The position numbers were made by a program, and so were the translations under genes. Positions 8,654 through 18,962 of a DNA stretch of 64,000 bases are shown in pieces. A model generated the notes under the pieces. That model had not been told where the DNA came from. It was given only the letters and a program-made list of their open reading frames with translations, and searched no databases. The stretch comes from a virus: positions 25,423 to 89,422 of IMG/VR virus record IMGVR_UViG_3300045988_084189. One strand, 5' to 3'. How positions within the stretch are numbered: position 1 is the stretch's first letter; each line of letters begins with the position of its first letter.

Positions 8654-10122
8654 TTAGCATACACCAGCCTTGTCTTAGTTAATTGATAGGGGTTGTCAAA
8701 TTTCGTAGTTACAAAACAATCCTTTGTTCGACCTGTATTCAAATCAAGATGGAAATAAATCTTAATACCCTGTTCAACTTGTGAAAAGCGCATCTTATAG
8801 CATGATAATACACGATTTGGCTTTACCTTATCAGGATATTTCTCCATCATCATATCGGCTATTTCTTGCTCTTTACGGCGCAACGGCATGATTACACCAG
8901 CCACATCAGCCTTGTTTTGAATTGCTCTTGAACCAGCTGCAACGCCGCTATCCATAATCTCCTGTGTCATAGCATTAGCATTGACCTGAGTAAATGTCAA
9001 GACGGCTATATTATATTCAACCGCCAAATCCTTGAGCTTACTTGCTATACCAGATAGCACCTGATCTGAACGAGTAGATACACCATTCTTTTTTGCTAAG
9101 TCGCTCGATACAGATGAGGATTCGACGATATAATCATAACATAGAAAGCCTACTTGCTTATTGACCACATAATCCTTTACATAGGATTCAATCAAATCAA
9201 CAGTATAATTAGGCATCGTGACAATATATAGCTTAGATTCATGCAGGATTTTAATAGCCTCATCTACACGTTCTTCTTCACCTTCTTCATATCGCCCATT
9301 CAAGATGCTAAAGCATGGTACGCCACTAATTGTAGCCACAATTTTAGGGGTGATTTCAGTGTCACCAGCCATCTCAAATTGGAGATATAGACCAGCCTTA
9401 TGCTGATAGCATGGATTGTCTACATATTGCTCCTTGTCTATATCATAGATTCTAGGACAGCATACTTGTACAAGATTAGCCAAGCAAATGGTTGATTTGC
9501 CTACGCCTGAGCCGACTGAATAGATAGATAGCTGCCCCGGAATCCAGCCTCTAGCAGCTGTGTTTAGGTATTCACTGAATGTTGTTGCGCCAAATAGCGG
9601 CTCTGCCTTGAAGCCCTCTTTTACCGCCTCAAATCCATCACCAGCTTTTAGCTCATCTATATCTTTGTCTTTATAGAATTGCTTCTTTATAGCTATCTGT
9701 TGTGCATCAAAATATTGCACTATATCCTCTATGGTTGCCTTATCGTCTTGCTCAAATTTGTCTATGTTGTAACCAGCGTTTTTATATGAGCGAAGTAATG
9801 TGGCGCGGCGTACATTGGTATAGTAAACCTCAAAATTACCTACATTAGCAAGCTGCTTAACTGTATCAATGAAATCGTCTAGCTGATTTAGCTTGAAAAT
9901 ATCTTCTACTTGCTTATTATTCTTACATAGCATATAAAGGTCTAGTGCAGATATAGATTCAGCTCCACGTTTAGCTAGAGCAACACAGCCTTGCCATAAT
10001 CTGAGGTGAAAATCAACCGTGAAATCTTCACGACTTAAGGGGTATTTATCAGAAATAGCAAGAGAGGGCTTGATTAGCAAACAACCCAATAGCAACCTAA
10101 CAGAATTTTGGTCATAGAGCAA
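8650..10122 (-). CDS. dnaB: replicative DNA helicase (DnaB-like)
   Basis: DnaB-type N-terminal domain and a RecA-like core with SVGSGVGKST. TTG start lies 7 nt after GGAGGA. Confidence 0.85.
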   Translation of the reverse strand: MLYDQNSVRLLLGCLLIKPSLAISDKYPLSREDFTVDFHLRLWQGCVALAKRGAESISALDLYMLCKNNKQVEDIFKLNQLDDFIDTVKQLANVGNFEVYYTNVRRATLLRSYKNAGYNIDKFEQDDKATIEDIVQYFDAQQIAIKKQFYKDKDIDELKAGDGFEAVKEGFKAEPLFGATTFSEYLNTAARGWIPGQLSIYSVGSGVGKSTICLANLVQVCCPRIYDIDKEQYVDNPCYQHKAGLYLQFEMAGDTEITPKIVATISGVPCFSILNGRYEEGEEERVDEAIKILHESKLYIVTMPNYTVDLIESYVKDYVVNKQVGFLCYDYIVESSSVSSDLAKKNGVSTRSDQVLSGIASKLKDLAVEYNIAVLTFTQVNANAMTQEIMDSGVAAGSRAIQNKADVAGVIMPLRRKEQEIADMMMEKYPDKVKPNRVLSCYKMRFSQVEQGIKIYFHLDLNTGRTKDCFVTTKFDNPYQLTKTRLVYAK

Positions 10123-10125
10123 TGA

Positions 10126-10491
10126 TTATTCCTCCATCGCGTCTTTGATTTCTTTTACCTTTTCAACATATTCTTTGAAGCTAAACCATTTGTTTTTCAT
10201 TAGATGACCAATCCTGTCAATCGTGTTATGCTCATCTACATGGACGCGCACATATTTACCCTTTAGGTCTTCCCATTTATCAACCTCAAGCGTTTTCATT
10301 AACTCAATGATAGCGCCATACCCATCAGATGAGCCATAATGCCCAACTTCACTACACCAGTGGTCGAGACAATAGCCGCCCATACCACCTCCCCAACCAG
10401 CACCTTCAACATAAATATAAGCTGTTAGGCAACCATGATCTTCACCCAGTTTAGTTTCTGTAATTTTAGCATTCAGCGTTTCGTTACGCAT
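10126..10491 (-). CDS. hypothetical protein
   Basis: 121 aa ORF. Confidence 0.6.
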   Translation of the reverse strand: MRNETLNAKITETKLGEDHGCLTAYIYVEGAGWGGGMGGYCLDHWCSEVGHYGSSDGYGAIIELMKTLEVDKWEDLKGKYVRVHVDEHNTIDRIGHLMKNKWFSFKEYVEKVKEIKDAMEE

Positions 10492-10777
10492 TCATATCCT
10501 CCTTCCAATCAATCATCTGTCCGCAATGACTACAATATTTGCCATTTTCCTTACTTACATTACCATCACAACGAGTACAAGCCAATTCGTTCGACCCATC
10601 TTGCCAACGGTGATATGGTAAATGTGGAATTTGCTTATCAAGAGCACTAACGATAGCTCCCGGAATGTCTGAATTACCTTCATAGAAAAAGTTACCTAAA
10701 AACCATGTCAACGCCTTATTATAATCAAATTCATCTTCTTTTGGCAAATCATCAGGTACTACTTTATCCATTCTCAT
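10484..10777 (-). CDS. hypothetical Cys-rich protein
   Basis: 97 aa ORF with CTRC...CSHCG. Confidence 0.6.
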   Translation of the reverse strand: MRMDKVVPDDLPKEDEFDYNKALTWFLGNFFYEGNSDIPGAIVSALDKQIPHLPYHRWQDGSNELACTRCDGNVSKENGKYCSHCGQMIDWKEDMNA

Positions 10778-11256
10778 CCAAACACATCCTCCTCATCATT
10801 CTTTTTCACAATCGTCTCGACCCCATCTTCAGCTTGCCATTGCTGTATATTCTGCCTTACCTGATTTAGCCAAGTATAATATTTTTTACATTCATCATAT
10901 TTATACTTGACCAGTCCAAGCGGCGATTTAGATATATCCAATCCTTGCTCTTTATGGATATATCTGATAGTATAAGCAATGCCGCCATATGTCATATCAG
11001 GGTTATCTTTCATCAACTGAGCAAGCTGGATGCCTACAAGCCGCATATTGGCATCAGGGGCTACTTGGCTTATATAATCCAGCAATTTGCGCCTATCATC
11101 TTTTGATTCTTGCTTTGGCTTGACGGTATGAGCATTGATATAATCCTGTTTACATTGCTCACAGCAGAAATAGAATTTAGGCTTATATTCGATTGCGTCT
11201 TGTTTTGGCGTTGATTTACCACATTGACGGCATTTAATTGTAGGTGGCTTGCTCAT
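10774..11256 (-). CDS. hypothetical zinc-ribbon protein
   Basis: CRQCG...CCEQC. Start moved to the ATG at 11256, which has an AGGTGG RBS and an ATGA overlap with the upstream stop. Confidence 0.6.
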   Translation of the reverse strand: MSKPPTIKCRQCGKSTPKQDAIEYKPKFYFCCEQCKQDYINAHTVKPKQESKDDRRKLLDYISQVAPDANMRLVGIQLAQLMKDNPDMTYGGIAYTIRYIHKEQGLDISKSPLGLVKYKYDECKKYYTWLNQVRQNIQQWQAEDGVETIVKKNDEEDVFG

Positions 11257-11402
11257 TTGCTTACCACCTGTGCGCAACAATATCTCTTATCAAATTTGCG
11301 AGCTTTGCTAATCGCCTCATCGTAGTTGTCGGCTTTGATATTTATGACATTTTCTTTAATCCAACCGTCTTGTAAGTAACAATACCAAACTTTCCAAGTC
11401 AT
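11253..11402 (-). CDS. small hypothetical protein
   Basis: Start moved to ATG 11402, downstream of AGGAGG. The track start at 11465 lies inside the promoter. Confidence 0.5.
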   Translation of the reverse strand: MTWKVWYCYLQDGWIKENVINIKADNYDEAISKARKFDKRYCCAQVVSK

Positions 11403-11436
11403 AATAAAACAACCTCCTGTTTCATTTGTTGGCTTA

Positions 11437-11465
11437 ATTATAGCATATAAATAGGAGGTTGTCAA
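11437..11465 (-). promoter_or_regulatory. sigma-70/sigma-A type promoter (TTGACA-N17-TATAAT)
   Basis: Reverse complement reads TTGACA (11465-11460), 17 bp, then TATAAT (11442-11437). Confidence 0.75.
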
Positions 11466-12091
11466 GAGGAAATTATCTCATATTCCAACATCCACTTATC
11501 AATTTCTTCTTGGCTCATAGCCGTATCTGTTTTTTTATAATCAACCACTCTAAGACCTCTAGGATGCGTTATAACCCTATTTTGCTCTATGCTATATCCT
11601 GCATCATATTCAAGCCGCAATCGGCATATACAGCCATCACAGCCGTCAGGACGCTTGATGATAAACACCCTGGGCGAATCGCCGCATATATTCAAGAATC
11701 GGCTCGAATCCAGCCATTGTCCATCCATTTCTATATTCATGCTATCAGCCGCATTATCTTCAACTATGCGGCAATATTGTACATTATAATACAATGATTT
11801 TTTCCATTCATTGATATTGCCTGATACCAATAGCCTAGTAGGTATATTGCATCCTCTCATTGTATAATAATGTTTATTTTTGATATATATATAGCCGTCT
11901 ATTCGTGGATGGATATATTGCGCCATAGCCAGCCATGATTTGATTTGTTCCTCGTTCCATTTGCGGCTTAATGTTTGGCTCATGGTGAGGCATTGATTAT
12001 TGGTGATGACGCTGAATTTGGCTTTCATATGGGTCTGATATAGGTCGATTCGCAGCTCTTGCAGTTGAGCTACACATAGAAATTTATTCAA
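11462..12091 (-). CDS. hypothetical protein
   Basis: 209 aa ORF. TTG start follows AGGTGA. Confidence 0.6.
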   Translation of the reverse strand: MNKFLCVAQLQELRIDLYQTHMKAKFSVITNNQCLTMSQTLSRKWNEEQIKSWLAMAQYIHPRIDGYIYIKNKHYYTMRGCNIPTRLLVSGNINEWKKSLYYNVQYCRIVEDNAADSMNIEMDGQWLDSSRFLNICGDSPRVFIIKRPDGCDGCICRLRLEYDAGYSIEQNRVITHPRGLRVVDYKKTDTAMSQEEIDKWMLEYEIISS

Positions 12092-12112
12092 GCATCATCA
12101 CCTACTTTGTCA

Positions 12113-12544
12113 TTATTTTGATCTAAAAATTACCACCATAGATGGAAATGGGGCTGAATTTTTACATCCACCAAATTTGAGCCGTCCTTTAATGAAACGA
12201 ATCTCTGTATTTGGCTTATTGTAAATATACTCGTGGAACCAGCGTGTATCAGTTCGAGCCGGTAATAGCATTACTACAGTAGCAGAACCAATATGAGACG
12301 AAATATAGGCGCGTCGCACCCACTCACCAATTTTACGTCCATATGGAGGATTGCACCATACTGTCCCAACCCAAGGGCGGCTCAATCCATCAATTTCTTT
12401 AGTATAGTAATGTTCGCACTTATGATTGTTTTCATCAGCACACACATCTAGTGTGAAATGAAATTCATCATTTAGCTTATCGAAAAAATCTTGTGGCGTT
12501 GACCAATTATCTGTTGCGCTTGAAAACATTACATCTGTATTCAT
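12113..12544 (-). CDS. DNA N6-adenine methyltransferase (phage Dam-like)
   Basis: NPPYG catalytic motif and an N-terminal WSTPQDFF...LDVCA pattern. Confidence 0.85.
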   Translation of the reverse strand: MNTDVMFSSATDNWSTPQDFFDKLNDEFHFTLDVCADENNHKCEHYYTKEIDGLSRPWVGTVWCNPPYGRKIGEWVRRAYISSHIGSATVVMLLPARTDTRWFHEYIYNKPNTEIRFIKGRLKFGGCKNSAPFPSMVVIFRSK

Positions 12545-12562
12545 TTTTATCACCTCACAGCT

Positions 12563-12591
12563 ATTATATAATAAAAAGGCGGGATTGTCAA
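12563..12591 (-). promoter_or_regulatory. sigma-70/sigma-A type promoter (TTGACA-N17-TATAAT)
   Basis: Reverse complement reads TTGACA (12591-12586), 17 bp, then TATAAT (12568-12563). Confidence 0.7.
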
Positions 12592-12606
12592 GCCCCGCCT
12601 TTTATA
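12573..12606 (-). terminator. intrinsic terminator hairpin overlapping the promoter -35
   Basis: GGCGGG (12578-83) pairs with CCCGCC (12594-99). A/T runs flank both sides, and the loop contains the TTGACA box. Confidence 0.6.
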
Positions 12607-12616
12607 TTTTTATATT

Positions 12617-13237
12617 TTATCCGAATGGATTCTCCTCGGAATCATCCCAAGGATTTTCTGATTCAGCAGGAGTGGGCGTATCAGTAGGCGCAGTATTGAA
12701 CACATCGCCAAAATCGGGGATTGGGTCATTGGTAGGAGCAGTTGTAGTCTTAGTAGTAGTTAGCTCCTTGAGTGCAGGAATTTCATATTCGCCCTTTTCA
12801 ATGGTTTCAACAGAACGAACAGCCGCAACATAGTTACGAACACGAACTTGACCCTTCTGGTTCTGATACTGCTCATCTGCGATGATTAGACCAACAACCT
12901 TATTAACAAGCGTCTTTTCATCAAAATTCCACTGATAGCCCTTGTTTGAGCGCTCAACTGCGTTTGTAAAGCCCTTAAACATAGATGCCGCAGAATCCTT
13001 ATAAGAACGGATGAATGTACCGGCATTAGGCCACTTGCGTTCCTTGCGTGTATCGCCGTCATACTGCTTCTTGAAATAGCCCTTATCATCGCCCTTTACG
13101 ATGTCAAAATAAATCTTAAGATATTCCTTCTCAGGATGATCTTCTACGTTAAGAATCTTGCAAATATAGCCATTCGGTGTTAGACGCTTAAAAGATGTGC
13201 TTTCCTGAATATTCTCCCAATTTTCGATTCGCTTCAT
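12617..13237 (-). CDS. DUF669-like putative ssDNA-binding protein
   Basis: Sits next to the AAA_24 ATPase, as in many phage recombination modules. Thr/Pro-rich linker and an acidic tail DDSEENPFG. Confidence 0.55.
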   Translation of the reverse strand: MKRIENWENIQESTSFKRLTPNGYICKILNVEDHPEKEYLKIYFDIVKGDDKGYFKKQYDGDTRKERKWPNAGTFIRSYKDSAASMFKGFTNAVERSNKGYQWNFDEKTLVNKVVGLIIADEQYQNQKGQVRVRNYVAAVRSVETIEKGEYEIPALKELTTTKTTTAPTNDPIPDFGDVFNTAPTDTPTPAESENPWDDSEENPFG

Positions 13238-13289
13238 AGTAAATTTAACCTCGCTTTAATTTGATTTTAATAAATAGATTGTTTATATT

Positions 13290-13958
13290 TTACTCAGCTT
13301 TTTTAGCTGGAGTAGTAGATTTATCCTTAGGCGCACTTGCCTTTCTTAGCCCATAATATTCTCTGATTGTATCATCAACCATCTTTAGGTCATTATCAAT
13401 CTCAAGAGAATCAAACATACCCATTGGTGACTTGCATGGGTTCGAGCCATCAGACTGTGTGATAAAATAATGCTTGCGCTCATCTGCTTTACATAGCAGG
13501 ACAATGCTAAACAAGCCTTCTACTGTGAGCTGCTGGTCTAGCATCTTGCCTAGCGTCTTAGCCTTTACCTTGCCATTTTCATCAGTGTCAATATGCTGCA
13601 TGATATATACAATCGTGTCAGGGCTGGTATCTTCCTGAACGACACGCAACATATCTTCATAGTTCTTAGCCATCGTAGTGAACTTGCCATATCCGACTTC
13701 ATTTACCTTATCAAAGCTTTCAAATGCCATAAGATACTGAGCGTCATCTACGACCCAACTTAGCTTCTTTCCGCTACATACCGCGCCTTTGATACTGGCG
13801 TATGTTGCCTTATTCATACTCTGTAGCTTATTTACATTTCTGAATGGTAGCGGCTTAGATGCCACATTTAGGATTCCAACATCCTCTTGCTTGAAATTTC
13901 TAAGTGACGCTGATTTACCAGAGCCACTTTCACCTAAAATAAGAACTGCTACGCCCAT
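13290..13958 (-). CDS. AAA_24 / Sak4-like ATPase
   Basis: N-terminal Walker A ILGESGSGKSAS in a ~220 aa protein. Confidence 0.75.
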   Translation of the reverse strand: MGVAVLILGESGSGKSASLRNFKQEDVGILNVASKPLPFRNVNKLQSMNKATYASIKGAVCSGKKLSWVVDDAQYLMAFESFDKVNEVGYGKFTTMAKNYEDMLRVVQEDTSPDTIVYIMQHIDTDENGKVKAKTLGKMLDQQLTVEGLFSIVLLCKADERKHYFITQSDGSNPCKSPMGMFDSLEIDNDLKMVDDTIREYYGLRKASAPKDKSTTPAKKAE

Positions 13959-13982
13959 TTACTTACTTAATCCTCCTTATTC

Positions 13983-14360
13983 TTATTCAACTTCTTTTAG
14001 CCAAAAATCACAACGGCATTTGCCGCATACTCCTCTTTTTTCACAATCATCCTGAGATTCACGCTGAAGCAACTCAATATTCAACTGGCATGGAGCAATG
14101 GTCGGTAGTCCATCATAGCCAATCTCAGCATCGGGCCACTGATTAAAAAACTCGTCCTGTCTTGTTTTTACAGGATGTTCTTTTGCCCATTTCTCTACCA
14201 TCTCAACGAATTTATGGTATGCCATTGGATGAAGATTGAATATGTCATTCAGTTTCTCGAAATAGCAAACATCGCATAATCGTTTCTTGCCATCTTGAGC
14301 AGTATTTTTGCACCACTTACAATATCTTTTCGCTTCTTTCAAAAATTCAACAGCATCCAT
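13983..14360 (-). CDS. hypothetical Cys-rich protein
   Basis: 125 aa ORF with an AGGAGG RBS. Confidence 0.6.
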   Translation of the reverse strand: MDAVEFLKEAKRYCKWCKNTAQDGKKRLCDVCYFEKLNDIFNLHPMAYHKFVEMVEKWAKEHPVKTRQDEFFNQWPDAEIGYDGLPTIAPCQLNIELLQRESQDDCEKRGVCGKCRCDFWLKEVE

Positions 14361-14377
14361 TATTTATACCTCCTTCA

Positions 14378-14656
14378 CTACCACTGTGTTCCAAATATAT
14401 CTTTTTCGTCTAACGGATGATTTGACATTACCCTACATGACCCACAACATTTACAAATTGCCTCTTTGCCATCATCAGATAAATATATTCTATCAATATC
14501 AAGAGGTTGACAACAACATAAATATTTTTCATTTCTCCGTCTGCCGCATGGTTGCTTTGGTTTACGCTTAAACAACCGCCACAACAACCAATCAATCTTG
14601 GCGAAAAAATATGGGTTTCTTCTTATATTGATTGTAATTGGAAATATATTTTTCAT
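14378..14656 (-). CDS. hypothetical protein
   Basis: Start moved to ATG 14656, which follows GGAGGT. This removes the overlap with the polymerase gene. Confidence 0.5.
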   Translation of the reverse strand: MKNIFPITINIRRNPYFFAKIDWLLWRLFKRKPKQPCGRRRNEKYLCCCQPLDIDRIYLSDDGKEAICKCCGSCRVMSNHPLDEKDIFGTQW

Positions 14657-14657
14657 A

Positions 14658-17600
14658 CTATACCTCCAATTTCTTCCAACATTTGATTTCAGTGTAAACA
14701 TCTCCGGTTCTCACCCATTCCCCGTTTTCATCCTTTTTCATTTTATTTTTCTCTTGTAATACAGCTCTAATTACATCACCCTTTAATAATTGATGATTTG
14801 TCCAGAATTTTTTATTAGCCCTATATGTGCGTTCTGCGCCATAGCATAGGTTATATAGTGTGCAATAAACCGTACCGTATCCTGTTGTCTTGACATCTAG
14901 CACCAACCAATCATTAGGGTCTGAATTGGGGTCATTTACTGTACAATAACCTAGGTACTCAAGTTGCCATTTAATGCGGTCAACAATAGTAGTTGGTTTG
15001 ATATTGGCTTGCTTAATTAAAGCCGTTATCAATGCTCTATTGTCAATCTCTCTAAATTGCTTCTCGGTTTCTTTGCCACAACACGGTCTAATTACATCTA
15101 TCATTATATCATCAAATGATGATTTTGTCAATACCTTTGCTGAAATATATTTTTGATAAATCTCATATTCAGTAATGAGCCGATTTGGTTGAGCAAACTT
15201 ATTAAAATATCCAAGATGGAATAGAATTTCAATGGCTTTCTTATTGATTCTTGGGTCATCCATAAGGGCTTGATATAGAGCGGCGCGATTCTTTATATCA
15301 GACTTTCCAAGCTCATATAGTGCCTCTGGTGCGCTCTTAGGCATATCCTTAATAGATGCCATAGTCTGCACAATACAGTTGTTATCACGGTCTATATTGA
15401 ACGCCCTGTTGTCATCGCCAAATTGAATATCTTTGAGCTTATAGCCGCGCTTTAGCATCTCTTGTTTAATGAGCGCAACCTTGTCTTTTTCGCCCTTATC
15501 AGTAAATCGCTGAAGAACGCACTTATAAAATTCCAGTGGATAATGCGCTTTGAGATAAGCAATCGTTACACTATCAATAGCCATACAATAAGCATGGGCT
15601 GAATTGAAGCCATATGCGGCGCTATTCTCAATAATCGTCCATACCTTATCAGCAAGCTCATGTGCCTTATTATCATCATCTGTTTCGCCGGTATCAAGAA
15701 TAGCTTGAGCAAAATTCTTGATAAATTTTGGCTTTGCGTCCTTGATGATATAATCCTTTTTCTTACTAATTGCCTTGATAATAGTATATGTTTCAGACAT
15801 GGGGAATCCAGCAAAACCAAGGACTTTCATTAGAGATTCCTGATATAGAATGAATGACGATGAGCAGTATTCATCTTGAAGCAAATCATCAAGCGCCTTG
15901 ATACCATAATCAAAATGTTGTCGTTGCTCAAATGTCTGGTACATAGATTGGAAAGACGGCCTGATTGCAGCTATGAACTGGGTCAACTCAGCAATATTCT
16001 TTGGCTTATATCGCATTACTTTTTGAGTTGACTTTGGCTGTTCACACTGGTTGACGCATTGTGTATAACCATCTGCGTAAATCTGCCATGTTGCATCATC
16101 ATGTGCAATTTTTTCAAGAAGCTGGTTGACAGTGAATGGCTCGATTCCAGCCTCTTTATAAATATCATATGTCAAGCCGATTGAATCAACAATAAGATAA
16201 TCTTGCTTTAGATAACCAAAAGCATCAATCGTACCCGATTCAATATTGGCTACAAGCACCTCTTTGCCAGTTGCTTCAGATTTACACAGGCTGATGCCAA
16301 TGTCAGATTCAATGTCGCCCTCATAGCATAAGCAACCGCAGGGATGCCCCTTTGCAGTATCATAAATACCTAGATATTTCTTACATCCATCTACCAGCTC
16401 TTGATATTTCGGCTCGATATATTTATGAATATCAACCGTTTCACCATCTTCAGCGTGCTTCTTGGCTGTTTCATATCGGTCTATCTGCTTGCTTACTTCA
16501 TTAGCTGTATCAGGCTCGACATTATATGCTCTTGCATACATTTTCCATGCGGCTTTGAATTTTAGTGTACCAAGAGCCAATAGATCATATGTGCCAAGTT
16601 CGCCTACTAGATCGCGCTGTGCCTGAATGAATGGTTGACGGTCACTGACGTTGTTATCAATATCAGGTGGCGTATGACTATCTAAGACGCGCTCTTTGGT
16701 CAAGAACCGCTCTGAATACATAAGGACTGGACTATTGACCTTATCAACTTTAGTAAGCCTCAAGAGCTTATTAAGATACATAGATACAGCAGAGCCACGC
16801 CCTGATGGAGTCAAGATGCCACCATATTTCTCTTGTCCGCGCTTCATTACCATATATGACAAGATGAAATAATCAGCCATATTACAAGCTTCTATCTCGC
16901 CTATATCATGCTTAATCTCTTGATAATACTGTTGCAGTTTATCTTTGTTAATATCGGCTTTTTGCAAAACCCATTCATCTTTAAGAATCTGCTCAAAGAT
17001 ATGGTTGCGTTCTTCTTGTGTCTTATTGCGCAGCTCTTTTATAACAGGAACTTTCAATGAGCGGTCGAGCTTGATGTCCTCAAATTCAAACAGCACATTG
17101 GTATTATTGATAGCGGCTTTAATCTGACCGTCTGTCAGTACGCCTTGTTGCTTAAACCGCTCAAATAGCACATCATAGGTTGGATAGTCCATATACCATC
17201 CATCTTCATCCTCATAATGGATGTTGCCCGATTTGAGCAATTCATCTCTATCGAGCATTTGGGATTCAGTAATAACATGGCTATCACAACCAGCGATAAT
17301 TGGTACAAGCAATTCTTCACTAATTTGGATGATGTGCCGATTTAATTCTTTCTGCTCTGGCGTGTCGTGCGCCTGTACCTCAAGATAAAAATGAGGAAAT
17401 GACTCAGCTAGATGCCTAACAATGTCGGCAATATCATCATATTTATTCCAGAAAGCAACACAAGCTGTTGTAATCATCACATCATCATATGGCAACTGGT
17501 CAATCAATTCAAGGTCGATACGAGGACGCGCATAATATCCATCCTTATTAGCAATAGATAGAATCTTATTGATTGCTTTGCGCCCTTTATCGGTTCGCGC

Positions 17601-17906
17601 CAATAATACAATATGGCAGTTGCTTCTATCAGGTTTATGCCTGTCTTTTACCCAGTATGCTTCAGTACCATATATCCATCTGATATTCGTGCCGTTCTTC
17701 TTATTAAATTTCTCTAGGTCATCATATTGTTTGAAATAATTACCAGCCCATCCATGCTCTACTGTAGTATAGATACATGGTTTATCACCATATCGTGCTT
17801 TTAGCTCATTCCAATAATCTATTGGCAAGAGCGGGCTATCTTTCATATATCTATTGCTTAGAGATGTATGTTTATGGTAATTTACCCAAATTGGCTCATT
17901 GTTCAT
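14658..17906 (-). CDS. dnaE: DNA polymerase III alpha-type (DnaE-like) with N-terminal PHP domain
   Basis: HKHTSLS PHP motif, GRGSAVSMYLNKLLRLT and PDIDNN catalytic-core motifs, 1082 aa. Confidence 0.9.
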   Translation of the reverse strand: MNNEPIWVNYHKHTSLSNRYMKDSPLLPIDYWNELKARYGDKPCIYTTVEHGWAGNYFKQYDDLEKFNKKNGTNIRWIYGTEAYWVKDRHKPDRSNCHIVLLARTDKGRKAINKILSIANKDGYYARPRIDLELIDQLPYDDVMITTACVAFWNKYDDIADIVRHLAESFPHFYLEVQAHDTPEQKELNRHIIQISEELLVPIIAGCDSHVITESQMLDRDELLKSGNIHYEDEDGWYMDYPTYDVLFERFKQQGVLTDGQIKAAINNTNVLFEFEDIKLDRSLKVPVIKELRNKTQEERNHIFEQILKDEWVLQKADINKDKLQQYYQEIKHDIGEIEACNMADYFILSYMVMKRGQEKYGGILTPSGRGSAVSMYLNKLLRLTKVDKVNSPVLMYSERFLTKERVLDSHTPPDIDNNVSDRQPFIQAQRDLVGELGTYDLLALGTLKFKAAWKMYARAYNVEPDTANEVSKQIDRYETAKKHAEDGETVDIHKYIEPKYQELVDGCKKYLGIYDTAKGHPCGCLCYEGDIESDIGISLCKSEATGKEVLVANIESGTIDAFGYLKQDYLIVDSIGLTYDIYKEAGIEPFTVNQLLEKIAHDDATWQIYADGYTQCVNQCEQPKSTQKVMRYKPKNIAELTQFIAAIRPSFQSMYQTFEQRQHFDYGIKALDDLLQDEYCSSSFILYQESLMKVLGFAGFPMSETYTIIKAISKKKDYIIKDAKPKFIKNFAQAILDTGETDDDNKAHELADKVWTIIENSAAYGFNSAHAYCMAIDSVTIAYLKAHYPLEFYKCVLQRFTDKGEKDKVALIKQEMLKRGYKLKDIQFGDDNRAFNIDRDNNCIVQTMASIKDMPKSAPEALYELGKSDIKNRAALYQALMDDPRINKKAIEILFHLGYFNKFAQPNRLITEYEIYQKYISAKVLTKSSFDDIMIDVIRPCCGKETEKQFREIDNRALITALIKQANIKPTTIVDRIKWQLEYLGYCTVNDPNSDPNDWLVLDVKTTGYGTVYCTLYNLCYGAERTYRANKKFWTNHQLLKGDVIRAVLQEKNKMKKDENGEWVRTGDVYTEIKCWKKLEV

Positions 17907-18544
17907 TTATGATTCACCGGCATAACCACGCCATCACCATTTTCAGCCTTGAAATAAATTGGGCTGATTCTATTTGCCGCATACGCCTTACAATCAGGCA
18001 GACATTCCATAGCATTAAGCAAATACTGCGGATTGACCCAAAGATTCAATTCCTCATCAAGTAGATAATCGGCTACCTTCTTATCATTGTTCTTTTCTTT
18101 GATTTTATGCGTCTTGATATATACCTTGAGTTCTCCAATATCAGGCAGGGTAATTTCCTCAGAGTCATATATTGGTCTAACAATCTGCTCAAGCTGCATT
18201 TCCTGTCCATGATATTTTTCATCAATCTCAGGCAGGAGCTGCTTTTCATTAAATCTAATAGCTACATAACTGTCACATACACAATACAGTGTTGAGCCAT
18301 CTTTTGTCTGATTTGTAAACATACCTTCAAGCATAGGGTGATTGCGCAATTCAGCATTCTTGATAATCCTATTGGCCGCAGTTACAATCGACTTAGTGCC
18401 AGATTTCTTTGATTGCTCAATGAGCATATCAGCTTCAAGCTGCTTCAGCACATTATTCATCTCTTCCCCAGTAAAAATCATGCCCTCAGCAGTTACAGAA
18501 TCTCGCCATGTTTTGATAGTATCGTACAGTCTTTCTGTAGTCAT
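17903..18544 (-). CDS. hypothetical protein
   Basis: 213 aa ORF with an ATGA overlap to the polymerase gene. Confidence 0.6.
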   Translation of the reverse strand: MTTERLYDTIKTWRDSVTAEGMIFTGEEMNNVLKQLEADMLIEQSKKSGTKSIVTAANRIIKNAELRNHPMLEGMFTNQTKDGSTLYCVCDSYVAIRFNEKQLLPEIDEKYHGQEMQLEQIVRPIYDSEEITLPDIGELKVYIKTHKIKEKNNDKKVADYLLDEELNLWVNPQYLLNAMECLPDCKAYAANRISPIYFKAENGDGVVMPVNHK

Positions 18545-18546
18545 AA

Positions 18547-18753
18547 TTATTCACCTCTCGCCTTTTTGTCAGTTCTAAAATCTACTACTCTATTATTAGG
18601 GTCAAAATCCTGTGATGGTTTAGGCATGATTTCATCTATCATATCATTAAACCATTTATAGCTATGCAATCTGTTCCACAAATTCTCAAATTGTTCTTCT
18701 GTAAGAACTGGTAACTTGAATTTATCACCCATACCAACAACCGCCCCTTTCAT
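18547..18753 (-). CDS. hypothetical protein
   Basis: 68 aa ORF, the first gene after the promoter at 18765-18793. Confidence 0.55.
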   Translation of the reverse strand: MKGAVVGMGDKFKLPVLTEEQFENLWNRLHSYKWFNDMIDEIMPKPSQDFDPNNRVVDFRTDKKARGE

Positions 18754-18764
18754 TTGATACTTGG

Positions 18765-18793
18765 ATTATATCATAGATTGGAGCGGTTGTCAA
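18765..18793 (-). promoter_or_regulatory. sigma-70/sigma-A type promoter (TTGACA-N17-TATAAT)
   Basis: Reverse complement reads TTGACA (18793-18788), 17 bp, then TATAAT (18770-18765). Confidence 0.75.
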
Positions 18794-18803
18794 GAGGGTT
18801 TAT

Positions 18804-18962
18804 TTATTTTTCTTCTTTTTCTGGTTCTGTTTTATTGGTAGTCCAATAGCTTTGGTTTAATATCGGTTCTGTAGTTGTTGTTCCTCTTATAGAATAGCAA
18901 TGAAAACAATCGCCATCACAATAAGCCCAGCCTTCTCCACATTTTCTCATCTGCATATCCAT
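18804..18962 (-). CDS. small Cys-rich protein
   Basis: Start moved to ATG 18962 (GAAGGTG RBS, TGATG overlap with the upstream stop). Confidence 0.5.
   Translation of the reverse strand: MDMQMRKCGEGWAYCDGDCFHCYSIRGTTTTEPILNQSYWTTNKTEPEKEEK

Noticed and set aside
8650-17906. Inteins or introns in the DnaB-like helicase and DnaE-like polymerase genes
   Set aside because: Both ORFs are continuous and of ordinary length. The catalytic motifs are normally spaced, and no endonuclease or Hint-like block was seen.
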